From an uncultured Alphaproteobacteria bacterium (lineage in GTDB: Bacteria; Pseudomonadota; Alphaproteobacteria; Rhizobiales; Methyloligellaceae): a DNA stretch of 64,000 nucleotides. A program made the translations under genes and the position numbers. The first letter of the stretch is position 1, and each line of letters starts with the position of its first letter. The notes below the pieces were generated by a model. That model saw only the letters and a list, made by a program, of their open reading frames with translations, was not told the origin of the DNA and searched no databases. The stretch covers positions 148,374 through 212,373 of the forward strand of contig CAVVXP010000003.1 in assembly GCA_963752315.1 (NCBI GenBank). The letters run 5' to 3'. This document shows positions 30,542 to 40,580 of this stretch, piece by piece.

Positions 30542-30685
30542 ATGCCTCTCCCAGTGAAGATTCACCTGTACTCTGACGATTACCGGCCATGAATGGCATT
30601 ATGTTCGGGCTTCGTCCATTTCTTCGTGACTGACGCCGTGAATTTAATCTATGCCCATCAAGTCGCGCCAGGACGGAACGCGAGG

Positions 30686-31318
30686 ATGAAAACCGCTCGT
30701 ACCCTGCAAAACGTGGCGTCACCCGCGGTCCCGCGCGCCTGGCAGCGCATGCTTTCCGGGCGGCGGCTCGACCTGCTCGATCCCTCGCCGCTCGATATCG
30801 AGATCGAGGACATCGCGCATGGGCTCGCGCGGGTCGCACGCTGGAACGGCCAAACCGACGGCGAGCATGCCTTCTCGGTGGCGGAGCATAGCCTTCTCGT
30901 CGAGAAAATCGTCACCGAGCTCGAGCCCAAGCTCGACCGGCGTTTCAGATTGGCGGCGCTGATCCACGACGCGCCGGAATACGTCATCGGCGATTTGATC
31001 AGCCCTTTCAAAGCGGCCTTGTCGTTGGATTATCGCGCCTTCGAGGCGAAGCTGCTCGCCGCGATTCACCTTCGCTTCGGTCTGCCGGTGGAGCTACCCG
31101 ACAATGTCACCAGATTGATCAAACGTGGCGATAAGATCGCGGCCTATTATGAAGCGATTCGCCTTGCTGGCTTTTCCCGGGCGGAGGCGCGACGTTTTTT
31201 TGGCCAGCCGCGAGGCTTGAGCCCTGCGCTGGTCGACAGACTGTCGCACTTAAGCCCGCTTCCTGCGTCACAGGGGGAGGCAGAGTTCCTGAAGACATTC
31301 AATTGGTTACAGAGATAG
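30686..31318 (+). CDS. HD-domain hydrolase (YfbR-like)
   Basis: RAWQRMLSGRRLDL, SVAEHS, HDAPEYVIGD. Confidence 0.88.
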   Translation: MKTARTLQNVASPAVPRAWQRMLSGRRLDLLDPSPLDIEIEDIAHGLARVARWNGQTDGEHAFSVAEHSLLVEKIVTELEPKLDRRFRLAALIHDAPEYVIGDLISPFKAALSLDYRAFEAKLLAAIHLRFGLPVELPDNVTRLIKRGDKIAAYYEAIRLAGFSRAEARRFFGQPRGLSPALVDRLSHLSPLPASQGEAEFLKTFNWLQR

Positions 31319-31406
31319 TGGGCGCGCAAGATGCCCCGCACGGAAGGTTAGACAAGAAATGACCACCCTGATTTTGCCAAGAGAAGCGACTAGAGTGCCG
31401 CTCACC

Positions 31407-31934
31407 ATGAGCCGCGAAACCATCTACGTCGCGCCTTTGAGCCTGGTCGAGACCACGGTCGCCGACGCGAATGTCAGCCACCTCGTGACGCTGATCAACG
31501 GCGAAACCTTGATCAACACGCCACCCAGCATCGTGCCCGATCGGCATCTCAGGCTCGCCATGAACGACATCTGCGCGCCGCAACCGGGTCTCGTGCTTCC
31601 CTGCGAGACGCATGTGGCCGACCTCATTACCTTCGCGCGCGAATGGGACCGGCAGGCACCGCTACTGATTCATTGCTGGGCCGGCATCAGCCGCTCGACC
31701 GCTGCCGCCTTTATCTCGATGTGCGCGCTCAATCCGGAAGGCTCCGAGCTAGAACTCGCACGCAGGCTGCGCCGCGCCTCGCCCACCGCCTATCCCAATC
31801 GCCTGTTGGTCGCGCTTGCCGACGAAATCCTGACCCGCGACGGGCGCATGATCACTGCGGTCGAGGAGATCGGGCGCGGCAGGATCGCCGAGGAGGCGGA
31901 GGTGTTCGCCCTGCCCGCACTCCTTGCCGCCTAG
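31407..31934 (+). CDS. Protein tyrosine phosphatase-like protein
   Basis: HCWAGISRS P-loop, PNR motif; alternative start 31359. Confidence 0.88.
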   Translation: MSRETIYVAPLSLVETTVADANVSHLVTLINGETLINTPPSIVPDRHLRLAMNDICAPQPGLVLPCETHVADLITFAREWDRQAPLLIHCWAGISRSTAAAFISMCALNPEGSELELARRLRRASPTAYPNRLLVALADEILTRDGRMITAVEEIGRGRIAEEAEVFALPALLAA

Positions 31935-31942
31935 ACATTTCG

Positions 31943-32953
31943 ATGGCTGAGCCCCGGCGCAAAGCGGCGATCGCGCAGGAGACGCGGAACGACGATCCGC
32001 AAATCGAGCTTGGGCTCAATGCCGCCATCGTCACCGTGCGCGAGGGGCAGCCTTACATCCTGGTGGCGCGGCCGGCGGCGGCGGGGTCCGACGCCTGGGA
32101 CGCGCTTCCGTTCGGTCCGTTCGCACCGCGCGCGCATCGCACGCTCGAGATCGGCTTACGCGAATGGGTGAAGCGGCAGACCGGGCTCGCGCTCGGTTAT
32201 GTCGAACAGCTCTACACCTTCGGCGACAGGGGCCGGCATGCCGAGCCCGGAGGCGCGCATACGCTTTCGGTCGGCTATCTCGCGCTCACGCGCGGCGCGG
32301 GCGATGAGCTGCTCGGCTCGCATTGGTCGCCCTGGTACGCCTACTTCCCTTGGGAGGATTGGCGCCAAGGCAAACCCCCCATCCTCTCCAGCCAGATCGA
32401 ACCGAAGCTGAAAGAGTGGGCCGAACGCCCACCACTCCCCGAAGAGCCGGTGCGCGCACTCCGCCGGCCCGAGCGCCTCAGGGCTTCGTTCGGCATCGGC
32501 GGGAGTTGGGACGAAGAGAAGGTGCTCGACCGCTACGAGCTGCTGTATGAAGCCGGCCTCGTAGCCGAGGCCGCGCGGGACGACCGTGCCGCGGCCGCGC
32601 AATGGACTGACCTCCCCGATTTCGGTCGGCCCATGGCTTTCGATCACCGCCGTATCCTCGCCACGGCGCTCGGGCGCTTGCGCGGCAAACTGAAATACCG
32701 GCCCGTCGTGTTCGAGCTGCTGCCGCCGGAGTTCACCCTGTTCGAATTGCAGAAGACGGTCGAGGCGATCTCCGGCACGTTGTTGCACAAGCAGAATTTC
32801 AGGAGGCTGGTCGAGCAAGGCGGCCTGGTCGAGGTCACCGGCAATGTCTCGACCGAGACCGGAGGGCGCCCTGCCCGGCTCTACCGCTTCCGCCGCGAGG
32901 TAGTGCTGGAGCGCCCCAGGCCGGGCCTCAGGGTCAAACCCGGCCGCGGCTAA
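31943..32953 (+). CDS. nadQ: Nudix-like NAD biosynthesis regulator (NadQ/COG4111, NrtR-related)
   Basis: EQLYTFGDRGR, AFDHRRIL, C-terminal wHTH FTLFELQ...LHKQNFRR...GGRPARLYRF; matching operators lie upstream of nadA. Confidence 0.85.
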   Translation: MAEPRRKAAIAQETRNDDPQIELGLNAAIVTVREGQPYILVARPAAAGSDAWDALPFGPFAPRAHRTLEIGLREWVKRQTGLALGYVEQLYTFGDRGRHAEPGGAHTLSVGYLALTRGAGDELLGSHWSPWYAYFPWEDWRQGKPPILSSQIEPKLKEWAERPPLPEEPVRALRRPERLRASFGIGGSWDEEKVLDRYELLYEAGLVAEAARDDRAAAAQWTDLPDFGRPMAFDHRRILATALGRLRGKLKYRPVVFELLPPEFTLFELQKTVEAISGTLLHKQNFRRLVEQGGLVEVTGNVSTETGGRPARLYRFRREVVLERPRPGLRVKPGRG

Positions 32954-32960
32954 CGCTTAG

Positions 32961-32985
32961 CGAACTTCCAGCACGCTGCGGCGTT
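32961..32985 (+). promoter_or_regulatory. Candidate EcfG (general stress sigma) promoter
   Basis: CGAAC-N16-CGTT versus consensus GGAAC-N16/17-CGTT, 35 nt upstream of the next start. Confidence 0.4.
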
Positions 32986-33020
32986 GGGTCAAGCAAAGCT
33001 CTCGAATGGGAGGAGATCAA

Positions 33021-34169
33021 GTGAAGGCAGGTCTTTTCCGCATCCGGGCGAGTTGCTGTCTCGTGGCGGCGCTGATGCTCTGGTCACAACGCGTGAACGC
33101 CGAGGATGCCAAGATCGATACCGAGCAAGGCACCATCAAGGTGCAAACGCTCGCCGAAGGGCTAAGTCATCCGTGGGGCCTCGCCTTCCTGCCGGACGGG
33201 CGAATGCTCGTCACCGAGCGAGCCGGGCGACTGCGCATCATCGACACAAACGGCAACGCGTCGGAGCCGCTGAAGGGCGTGCCCAAGGTGGTTGCCAAGG
33301 GCCAGGGCGGCCTGCTGGACGTGGCGCTCGATCCAAACTTCGCCGAGACCGGCCTCGTCTATCTTTCCTATTCGGAACCTGGCGATGCCGGCACGGCCGG
33401 CACCGCGGTAGCGCGCGGCAAGCTCGGCGCCGACAGTCTCGACAATGTGCAGGTGATCTTTCGGCAATATCCGAAAGTCGGCGGCGGCAACCATTTCGGT
33501 TCGCGGCTTGTTTTCAGTCCAGACGGCAAATTGTTCATCACTCTCGGCGAGCGCTTCACCTTCGCGCCCGCGCAAGACCTCGCCACGCATCTTGGGAAGA
33601 TCGTGCGCATCAATCCCGACGGCTCGGTGCCACCGGACAATCCCTTCGCCGGACAGGAGGGCGCGCTTCCCGAGATCTGGTCCTACGGCCATCGCAACCC
33701 GCAAGGCGCAGCAATTCATCCCAAGACCGGCAAACTTTGGGAGGCTGAGCTCGGCCCGCTCGGTGGGGATGAGTTGAATATTCCGCTGGCCGGCAAGAAT
33801 TATGGCTGGCCGGTGGTGAGCTGGGGCAAGAACTATGACGGAACTGACATCCCCGATCCGCCCACCCATCCGGAATTCGCCGACGCTATCGACCATTGGA
33901 ATCCCGTCATCTCGCCGTCGGGCATCGGCTTCTATACGGCCGACGCCATTCCCGGCTGGAAGGGCAATCTCCTGATTGGGGGTCTCTCCTCCGAAGCGAT
34001 CATCAGGCTCACGCTCGACGGCGAGAGGGTGGTGGATGAAGAGCGCATTGCGATGGGAACCCGCATCCGCGACGTGGTGCAAGGGCCGGATGGCGCCGTT
34101 TACGCACTGACCGATGAGGACGACGGCAAGGTCTTACGGCTGACGCTGGACCAGCCGGAACCACGCTAG
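33021..34169 (+). CDS. PQQ-dependent sugar dehydrogenase (YliI/Asd family)
   Basis: GGAGGAG RBS, signal peptide, PWGLAFLPDG, GQGGLLD, HFGSRL, SYGHRNPQG, GKNYGWP. Confidence 0.92.
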   Translation: MKAGLFRIRASCCLVAALMLWSQRVNAEDAKIDTEQGTIKVQTLAEGLSHPWGLAFLPDGRMLVTERAGRLRIIDTNGNASEPLKGVPKVVAKGQGGLLDVALDPNFAETGLVYLSYSEPGDAGTAGTAVARGKLGADSLDNVQVIFRQYPKVGGGNHFGSRLVFSPDGKLFITLGERFTFAPAQDLATHLGKIVRINPDGSVPPDNPFAGQEGALPEIWSYGHRNPQGAAIHPKTGKLWEAELGPLGGDELNIPLAGKNYGWPVVSWGKNYDGTDIPDPPTHPEFADAIDHWNPVISPSGIGFYTADAIPGWKGNLLIGGLSSEAIIRLTLDGERVVDEERIAMGTRIRDVVQGPDGAVYALTDEDDGKVLRLTLDQPEPR

Positions 34170-34312
34170 TTGCTCCTCCCCAAGTCGTCTCGCAACTGTG
34201 ATGGGCTACAGGACGATGCCTGGTTGTCCGCAATCGCGCCTTGATGCTAGGGGATGAATCGACGCCACAGCCTCGTCGCAATCCCGCCAGCGCCACCAGT
34301 TAAGCATCCAGC

Positions 34313-35239
34313 ATGCCGCCCATTATTGCCGTCTCCAATCTCACCAAGACCTACGCGACCGGGTTTGAGGCGCTGAAGGGCATCAATCTCGAGATCCGCA
34401 AGGGCGAGATCTTCGCGCTGCTTGGACCGAACGGCGCCGGCAAGACCACGCTGATCAGCATCATCTGCGGCATCGTGACGCCGACCGCAGGCTCGGTGAC
34501 GATCGACGGCCACGACATCGTCACCGATTATCGCGCGGCGCGGTCGCTGGTCGGGCTCGTGCCGCAGGAATTGACCGCCGACATGTTCGAGACGGTGCTG
34601 GCCACGGTTTCGCTGAGCCGCGGGCTGTGGGGCAAATGGGAAGATCCAGCCTATATCGAGAAGGTGTTGCGCAGTCTCTCGTTGTGGGACCGGAAGGATT
34701 CAAGGCTGATGACACTGTCGGGCGGGATGAAGCGCCGGGTCCTGATCGCCAAGGCCTTGTCGCATCAGCCGACCGTGCTGTTTCTCGACGAGCCCACGGC
34801 GGGGGTCGATGTCGAGCTGCGCAAGGATATGTGGCAGGTGGTCCGCGATCTGCGCGATTCCGGCGTCACCATCATCCTGACCACGCACTACATCCATGAA
34901 GCCGAGGACATGGCCGACCGGATCGGCGTGATCAACAAGGGCGAGCTGATTCTGGTCGAGGACAAGCGCGAGCTGATGCACAAGCTCGGCAAGAAGCAAT
35001 TGACGCTCCAGCTGCATCAGAGCCTCGACAGCATCCCGGCGTCGCTGGAAGGCCATCATCTAGCGCTCGCCAATGGCGGCAGCGAGCTGATCTACACTTA
35101 CGACACGCAAGGACCGCGCACCGGCATCACCAGCCTGCTCACCGAGCTCGCCGCAGCCGGGATCAGGTTCAAGGACCTCGACACGACGCAAAGCTCGCTC
35201 GAGGACATCTTCGTCGATCTGGTAAGGCGGGACAGATGA
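34313..35239 (+). CDS. ABC transporter ATP-binding protein (YadG-like)
   Basis: [28 protein letters not shown]. Confidence 0.93.
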   Translation: MPPIIAVSNLTKTYATGFEALKGINLEIRKGEIFALLGPNGAGKTTLISIICGIVTPTAGSVTIDGHDIVTDYRAARSLVGLVPQELTADMFETVLATVSLSRGLWGKWEDPAYIEKVLRSLSLWDRKDSRLMTLSGGMKRRVLIAKALSHQPTVLFLDEPTAGVDVELRKDMWQVVRDLRDSGVTIILTTHYIHEAEDMADRIGVINKGELILVEDKRELMHKLGKKQLTLQLHQSLDSIPASLEGHHLALANGGSELIYTYDTQGPRTGITSLLTELAAAGIRFKDLDTTQSSLEDIFVDLVRRDR

Positions 35240-35997
35240 ATCTGCCTGCGGTCAAGGCGATCTACAAATTCGAGATGGCGCGCGCGGGCCGTACGCTGCT
35301 GCAAAGTATGGTGTCGCCGGTCATCTCGACCTCGCTTTATTTCGTGGTGTTCGGGGCGGCGATCGGCTCACGCATCAGCGAGATCGAGGGCGTGCCTTAT
35401 GGCGCCTTCATCGTGCCCGGGCTAATCATGCTGATGCTGCTCACCCAGAGCGTCGCCAACGCTTCGTTCGGCATCTATTTCCCGCGCTTCACCGGCACGA
35501 TCTACGAGCTGCTCTCCGCGCCGATCTCCTATCTGGAGATCGTCATCGGCTATGTCGGCGCCGCCGCCACCAAGTCGATCATTCTCGGCTTGGTGATCCT
35601 TGCCACGGCGTTTCTGTTCGTGCCGCTCCACATCGCGCACCCATTCTGGATGATCGCGTTCCTGGTGTTGACGGCGGTGACCTTCAGCCTGCTCGGCTTC
35701 ATCATCGGCATCTGGGCCGACGGCTTCGAGAAGCTCCAGCTCGTGCCGCTGCTGATCATCACGCCGCTCACGTTTCTCGGCGGCACCTTCTATTCGATCT
35801 CGGTACTGCCGCCGTTCTGGCAAGCGGTAACCCTGCTCAATCCGGTGGTCTATTTGGTCTCGGGGTTCCGCTGGAGCTTCTTCGACATCGCCGATGTCAG
35901 CCCCGCCGTGAGCCTCCTGATGATCGGCTTGTTCCTGGCCATTTGTCTGCTAGTGGTCGCCTGGATCTTCAAGTCAGGCTATCGGCTGAAAAGCTAG
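35236..35997 (+). CDS. ABC-2 type permease (YadH-like)
   Basis: ATGA overlap, [27 protein letters not shown]. Confidence 0.92.
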   Translation: MNLPAVKAIYKFEMARAGRTLLQSMVSPVISTSLYFVVFGAAIGSRISEIEGVPYGAFIVPGLIMLMLLTQSVANASFGIYFPRFTGTIYELLSAPISYLEIVIGYVGAAATKSIILGLVILATAFLFVPLHIAHPFWMIAFLVLTAVTFSLLGFIIGIWADGFEKLQLVPLLIITPLTFLGGTFYSISVLPPFWQAVTLLNPVVYLVSGFRWSFFDIADVSPAVSLLMIGLFLAICLLVVAWIFKSGYRLKS

Positions 35998-36162
35998 CAA
36001 GGTATTTCGACAGATATTTACGCGATTTCGAATAATCTGCTCGCGCTTCTCCTAGTTTTTTCCCGATTCAGTGCCTATATTAGGGTTGTAGTTCAGCATC
36101 CCTGAATCTGAAAATATTTCAGCCGTCCCCAGAGGATGGCATTGGTCGAGAGGTTTCGCGTG

Positions 36163-36465
36163 ATGACGACATTCGATTACGACGCGTTGGCGGAGTTGTA
36201 TCCAGCTCGGAGCTGGAAGGGCGGCGCTGGCCGCGTCACCTATAAGCGCTTCGAGGCTGCTTCAGAGGCCGTGCGCTTCGCCATCGAGGAATTGCCCCCG
36301 CAAGCGCTGTTGGGCACGTATCTCGAGGTCGATGAGGAGCGGTTCGACAGCCGGCAAATTCGCCGTCTCTACGACAGCGAGGCTTATCCGTTGCCGCGCA
36401 GCGCGCCGGGCGAGGAGGGCCTGCCATCGCGTGCCGCCAAGCCAAAAGTGCGGCGACGCGCCTAG
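36163..36465 (+). CDS. Small conserved Rhizobiales hypothetical protein
   Basis: FDYDALAELYP...YKRFEAASEAVRFAIEELP...LEVDEERF...IRRLYDSEAYPL. Confidence 0.75.
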   Translation: MTTFDYDALAELYPARSWKGGAGRVTYKRFEAASEAVRFAIEELPPQALLGTYLEVDEERFDSRQIRRLYDSEAYPLPRSAPGEEGLPSRAAKPKVRRRA

Positions 36466-36494
36466 CTGGCTAAGAGCCAACCCCCAAACTAACA

Positions 36495-36518
36495 AGCCGC
36501 TCCCCGAAGGGAGCGGCT
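36495..36518 (-). terminator. Intrinsic terminator downstream of cspA (possibly bidirectional)
   Basis: 10-bp stem AGCCGCTCCC / GGGAGCGGCT with TTCG loop on the minus strand, T-rich on both sides. Confidence 0.75.
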
Positions 36519-36555
36519 CTAATTTTACCAAGTCCGATGTAGGTCCTTGTAAGGA

Positions 36556-36765
36556 CTACAGGGCCTCGATCTTGCCCACCGCGGTCTTGCCGCTGCGGCT
36601 GTCCTGCTCGGTGTCAAAAGAGACCTTCTGGCCCTCGACGAGTTGGCTGATGCCCGCGCGCTCAAGCGCCGTTGCATGCACGAATACGTCTTTGCCGCCG
36701 TCTTCCGGCTCGATGAAGCCGAAGCCCTTTTGCTCGTTGTAGAATTTCACAGTGCCCTTAGTCAT
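36556..36765 (-). CDS. cspA: Cold-shock protein
   Basis: MTKGTVKFYNEQKGFGFI, DVFVH; AAGGA RBS. Confidence 0.95.
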   Translation of the reverse strand: MTKGTVKFYNEQKGFGFIEPEDGGKDVFVHATALERAGISQLVEGQKVSFDTEQDSRSGKTAVGKIEAL

Positions 36766-36928
36766 AAGGGGTCGTCCTTTCGCTGTAGTCAGTTGCAAGT
36801 TCTGCTCAAGACCAAGCGAGAGCCCGGTCTGAAGCGCGTTTGTCGATGTTTGGGAGGGTTGAACGTGCGCCTGGCTATCAGCCTTAGGCGTAACGGCCAT
36901 GTTGTCCGGCCAAATGTCGATAGGTAGT

Positions 36929-36957
36929 TACATAGTCGCAGAGCATGGCTTTTGCAA
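36929..36957 (-). promoter_or_regulatory. Sigma70-like promoter of cspA, implying a long 5' UTR
   Basis: TTGCAA-N17-TATGTA on the minus strand, about 160 nt upstream of the ATG. Confidence 0.5.
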
Positions 36958-37014
36958 GGCGAAAAGCCGGCACCCCGAACAACCCGTTAATCGACATGCT
37001 AGGCTCGGACAGCG

Positions 37015-38352
37015 ATGAATCATGATTCCAAGAGGGAAACAGCAGCATCCTCCGCCAAGGAGCCCGCGCTTCGCCGCACGATCGGTCCGGCGCAGATGGC
37101 GCTGTACGGGCTCGGCAGCATGCTCGGCGCCGGTATTTATGGTTTGATCGGCAAGGCCGCCGGCCAGACCGGCAATGCCTTGTGGCTTGCTTTCGTGGTG
37201 GCGCTGATCGCGGCACTGCTCACGGCGCTGTCTTATGCCTCGCTCGGCTCGCGTCATCCGCGCGCCGCCGGCGCCGCCTATGTCACAGGACGCGCCTATG
37301 GATTCCCGTTGCTGAGCTTCATGGTGGGGCTGGCGCTCGTCTGCTCGGGGCTCACCTCGATCGCCACGCAGTCCCGCGTGTTCGCCGCCAATTTCGTTGC
37401 TCTGTTCGGATTGGAGAGCGTGCCCGTCTGGTTGCTCGCGCTCGGCTTTCTGCTGATCCTTACCGGGCTTGTGTTCCGCGGCATCCGCGAATCCATGTGG
37501 GTCAACGTGCTGTGCACGCTGGTCGAGGCGGGCGGTCTGGTGCTCGTCATCGTGGCCGGCATCTCCTATTGGGGCTCGGTCGATTATTTCGAGATCCCCC
37601 CGGCTCCGGACGGTGACCATGCCATCCTTCTCGTGATGCAGGGCGCCGTGCTCGCCTTCTTCGCCTTTATCGGCTTCGAGGACATGATCAATGTCGCGGA
37701 GGAGACCCGCGACCCCGAGCGCACCATTCCGCTTGGACTGATCCTCGCCATGGCCGGCGCGGCGGTCCTCTATATCGCCGTCGCCGTCACTGCCGTGTCG
37801 GTGGTGCCGTGGCAGGAACTCGCCGCCGCCCCCGGCCCCATCACCGAGGTGATGGCGCGTGCGGCGCCTTCGATCCCACCGATTGTGTTTACCGCCATCA
37901 CGCTATTCGCCGTCGCCAATACCGCGCTGGTCAACTACGTCACCGCCTCGCGACTGATTTACGGCATGGCGCGGCAGGGCCTCCTCCCCCGCACGCTCGG
38001 CAGCGTGCATGCAGCGAGGCGAACGCCGCATATCGCCGTTGCCGTACTGTTGCTGGTGCTGGCGCCGCTCGCCCTGCTCGGCACCATCACCGAGCTGGCG
38101 GCGGCGACCGTGCTTCTGCTGCTGCTCGTGTTCATGGTGGTGAACGGCGCGCTGGTCATATTGAAGCGGCGCAAGAGCGAGACGCTCGGACGCTTCGAGG
38201 TACCGCTGTTCGTGCCAGTGCTCGGCGCGTTGGTCTGTTTCGTGCTGATCGTGGTGCGGGTGTCGACAGGGGACGTCGAGGCGCCGCTGCTCGCCGGCGC
38301 GCTCCTGCTCGGTTCGCTCGCGATCTACGCCGTGATGCAGAAGGTCCGCTAG
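37015..38352 (+). CDS. APC family amino acid permease
   Basis: GSMLGAGIY, FAFIGFE, AEETRDP, SRLIYGMAR, about 12 hydrophobic segments. Confidence 0.92.
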   Translation: MNHDSKRETAASSAKEPALRRTIGPAQMALYGLGSMLGAGIYGLIGKAAGQTGNALWLAFVVALIAALLTALSYASLGSRHPRAAGAAYVTGRAYGFPLLSFMVGLALVCSGLTSIATQSRVFAANFVALFGLESVPVWLLALGFLLILTGLVFRGIRESMWVNVLCTLVEAGGLVLVIVAGISYWGSVDYFEIPPAPDGDHAILLVMQGAVLAFFAFIGFEDMINVAEETRDPERTIPLGLILAMAGAAVLYIAVAVTAVSVVPWQELAAAPGPITEVMARAAPSIPPIVFTAITLFAVANTALVNYVTASRLIYGMARQGLLPRTLGSVHAARRTPHIAVAVLLLVLAPLALLGTITELAAATVLLLLLVFMVVNGALVILKRRKSETLGRFEVPLFVPVLGALVCFVLIVVRVSTGDVEAPLLAGALLLGSLAIYAVMQKVR

Positions 38353-38546
38353 GCGCGTGGCTCGGCGAGTCGATGCGGCGGATGACGCTGATCGCCTCTC
38401 CGGTTCAAGCGGCGCACATAGGTGATCGAGGCTTCAGGCCGCTCGGCCTTGACCTTCAGCGCCGCAATCAAGGCATCCTCAGCCTTGACCACAAGCCGGT
38501 CGCCCTTGCCTTCGACACTAATTCCAACGGTGAATTGCGATTGCAC
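38349..38546 (-). CDS. Small hypothetical protein
   Basis: GGAG RBS before GTG; AEDALIAALKVKAERPEASITYVRRLNRRGD.RHP. Confidence 0.6.
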   Translation of the reverse strand: MQSQFTVGISVEGKGDRLVVKAEDALIAALKVKAERPEASITYVRRLNRRGDQRHPPHRLAEPRA

Positions 38547-38648
38547 GCCGATGCTCCATTGCCGAGCATGCCCAGGCCGGCGCCCGCAGCCTAGCAAAGG
38601 ACGCGAGGCGTGGCACATGAATAAAGCCAAAGGCCGCGAAGCGCTCGA

Positions 38649-40301
38649 TTAAGGGGTCGGGCCAAATCCCGACGGCGGCGAGCTGGCGTTGCTCGACTTG
38701 GCCGGCTTTGGCGCCGGCGCCGGCGTCGGCGTCGGCTCGACATTGTCGGCCACGGCCTCGGGCTTGGCTTGCTTGCCGATGATCGCCGCGGCGACCGACG
38801 GGTCGAGCTTATAAATATCCGGGAAGGTGGCGATCTTGCCCTGTTCGTCGGCAACAGCGGTGAAATAGGCGGTGTGAACCGGCACAGCCTTCTTGATGCT
38901 GACGGCGGCGTTGTAACCGCTCGCGAGCAGTTTATCGACTTCGGCTTGCGGCAAATTTTGATCTTGCGCCAGGATCACTGCGGCGATCTTGCCGGGATGT
39001 TCCACCCGCGGGCAATTATGGCCCTCGGAGCGCATCTCCTTGTCGAACAGCCCTTGCTTGATAGTGTCGTGCATGTAGACCGAATAGGGATTCGGATAGA
39101 CGAATTTCACCTTGCCGAGCACGTTTTCGGGCCCAGGGGCCTGATTGAAGCTGATCGCACCCATATTCACATGGTTCCAATCGATCGAGCTTGGGTCCAC
39201 CCGCTTGCCATTGTAATTCACAGTGAGCCCGTGTTGCGTGAGGATCGAGGTGTTGCCGCCGAACAGGCCACCGCCTCCCCGCAGTTTCGGTAGCAGATTT
39301 TCCCTGACGATGGTCGGGGGCACCGTCCACTCGGGGTTGAACACGACGGATTTCAGATCGGCCGAGAAAACCGGCGTGGCATACTTCAATTCGCCGACGA
39401 CGATCTTGTCGGAGTAGACGACCTTGCCATCCCTGGCGACATAGACCGTGAAGGCGGGAACGTTGAGGAGCACATGGAGCGACCCGAGACTTTCGGGCAT
39501 CCAGCGCCACCGCTCCATGTTGACGATGATCTTTTGCAGGTTGGCAGGCTTGGCGCCGGCTTCGCTTTCCGCGTGCGCCTTGAGCAGGGCCTGATGCAGA
39601 CGTTGGAACTGAATGTGCTTGGGATGCAGCCCCTGCAAGTAGAGGCTGGGCTGGGGCGCATCGGCGATCTCGACCATTACCGTCTTCGGATCGCGCAAGC
39701 TCGGCGTCATGCCGTAGAGCTTGTTGAGCTGCACCGGAACGGTCTTACCGCCGCGGGCGTAACGCGCATATTTCAGAATGGCGAGGTCGAGGTTGATCTC
39801 GTTTAGCGCCTGGTCGTCTACCGAGTCGGGAAGGTCGCCCGCCGGAGGCAGCTGGAAGTCCGCGCTTGAGAGCCCCCAATCGTCGGCCCGCAACACTTCG
39901 TCGATGATGGACTGGGCTTCGCTGGAGAAGCCCATATCCGTCATCCACACCGGATCGCTGCGCGCGCCGTAGAAATTAACGAGCGCCGCGAGATCCTGCG
40001 CGTTTGCAGTCTTGGCAAGCGTCGGGTCCTGAAGCTTGGCGCGGATGCTCGCAACGATGGGCGTCGCATCTGGCGAAGGTTCAGCCGAATCGGTGGGCGC
40101 CGCGGTCTGCGCTTCGGTCGAGGGTTGCGCGGATGTGTCGGCGGCCGGGGCTGTATCGGCGGAATCGCCGCCGCCCGAGTTTAGGTCGTCGGCTTCGGCG
40201 GCGGGGTCGTCCTGCGCAACAGCCTGCGGAAGCGTCAAACCGCCACATAGTAGGACGATACCAGCCCCAGTTAGGGCGGCGAGCAACGAACGTCCACGCA
40301 T
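38649..40301 (-). CDS. Murein L,D-transpeptidase (YcbB-like)
   Basis: Signal peptide, NMERWRW, NVPAF, FNPEWTVP, NVLGKVKF, YMHDT...GHNCPRV. Confidence 0.88.
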   Translation of the reverse strand: MRGRSLLAALTGAGIVLLCGGLTLPQAVAQDDPAAEADDLNSGGGDSADTAPAADTSAQPSTEAQTAAPTDSAEPSPDATPIVASIRAKLQDPTLAKTANAQDLAALVNFYGARSDPVWMTDMGFSSEAQSIIDEVLRADDWGLSSADFQLPPAGDLPDSVDDQALNEINLDLAILKYARYARGGKTVPVQLNKLYGMTPSLRDPKTVMVEIADAPQPSLYLQGLHPKHIQFQRLHQALLKAHAESEAGAKPANLQKIIVNMERWRWMPESLGSLHVLLNVPAFTVYVARDGKVVYSDKIVVGELKYATPVFSADLKSVVFNPEWTVPPTIVRENLLPKLRGGGGLFGGNTSILTQHGLTVNYNGKRVDPSSIDWNHVNMGAISFNQAPGPENVLGKVKFVYPNPYSVYMHDTIKQGLFDKEMRSEGHNCPRVEHPGKIAAVILAQDQNLPQAEVDKLLASGYNAAVSIKKAVPVHTAYFTAVADEQGKIATFPDIYKLDPSVAAAIIGKQAKPEAVADNVEPTPTPAPAPKPAKSSNASSPPSGFGPTP

Positions 40302-40475
40302 CCCCGTAACTCCCTCGCACTATTAGGCCATAGGTTAGTCGCAGATCGCCATGCGGGCCACAAAGTTTTGCCCGATTCCCTAGCCTATCCCGCCACGCTG
40401 CGACCTATGGGCAACACCCTCTCACAATCCGTTGGATGGATGTCGCAGCCCCCTTTGAAGCGTCCCCTCGATCCC

Positions 40476-40496
40476 CTATACTCCAATTGAGAATAG
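40476..40496. promoter_or_regulatory. NadQ operator 1
   Basis: CTATACTCCAATTGAGAATAG, imperfect palindrome matching ttATRCTC-N5-GAGYATaa. Confidence 0.7.
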
Positions 40497-40536
40497 CTCG
40501 CTGACCGGCCTTGCGCCGGCTGTTTTAACGGCCCAT

Positions 40537-40557
40537 ATATGCTCAGGATGAGCATTA
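40537..40557. promoter_or_regulatory. NadQ operator 2
   Basis: ATATGCTCAGGATGAGCATTA, core ATGCTCA-N3-TGAGCAT is a perfect inverted repeat just before the nadA RBS. Confidence 0.8.
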
Positions 40558-40580
40558 GAAGTTACGGGAGGACGGGTACG

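Noticed and set aside
21978-31934. SRAP, NUDIX, tag and HD genes as a defence or DNA-repair island
   Set aside because: Host-like composition and a gene order familiar from Rhizobiales core chromosomes; no mobility or defence markers.
31643-31942. 100-aa N-terminal extension of NadQ
   Set aside because: Overlaps the phosphatase gene in another frame; ATG at 31943 fits better.
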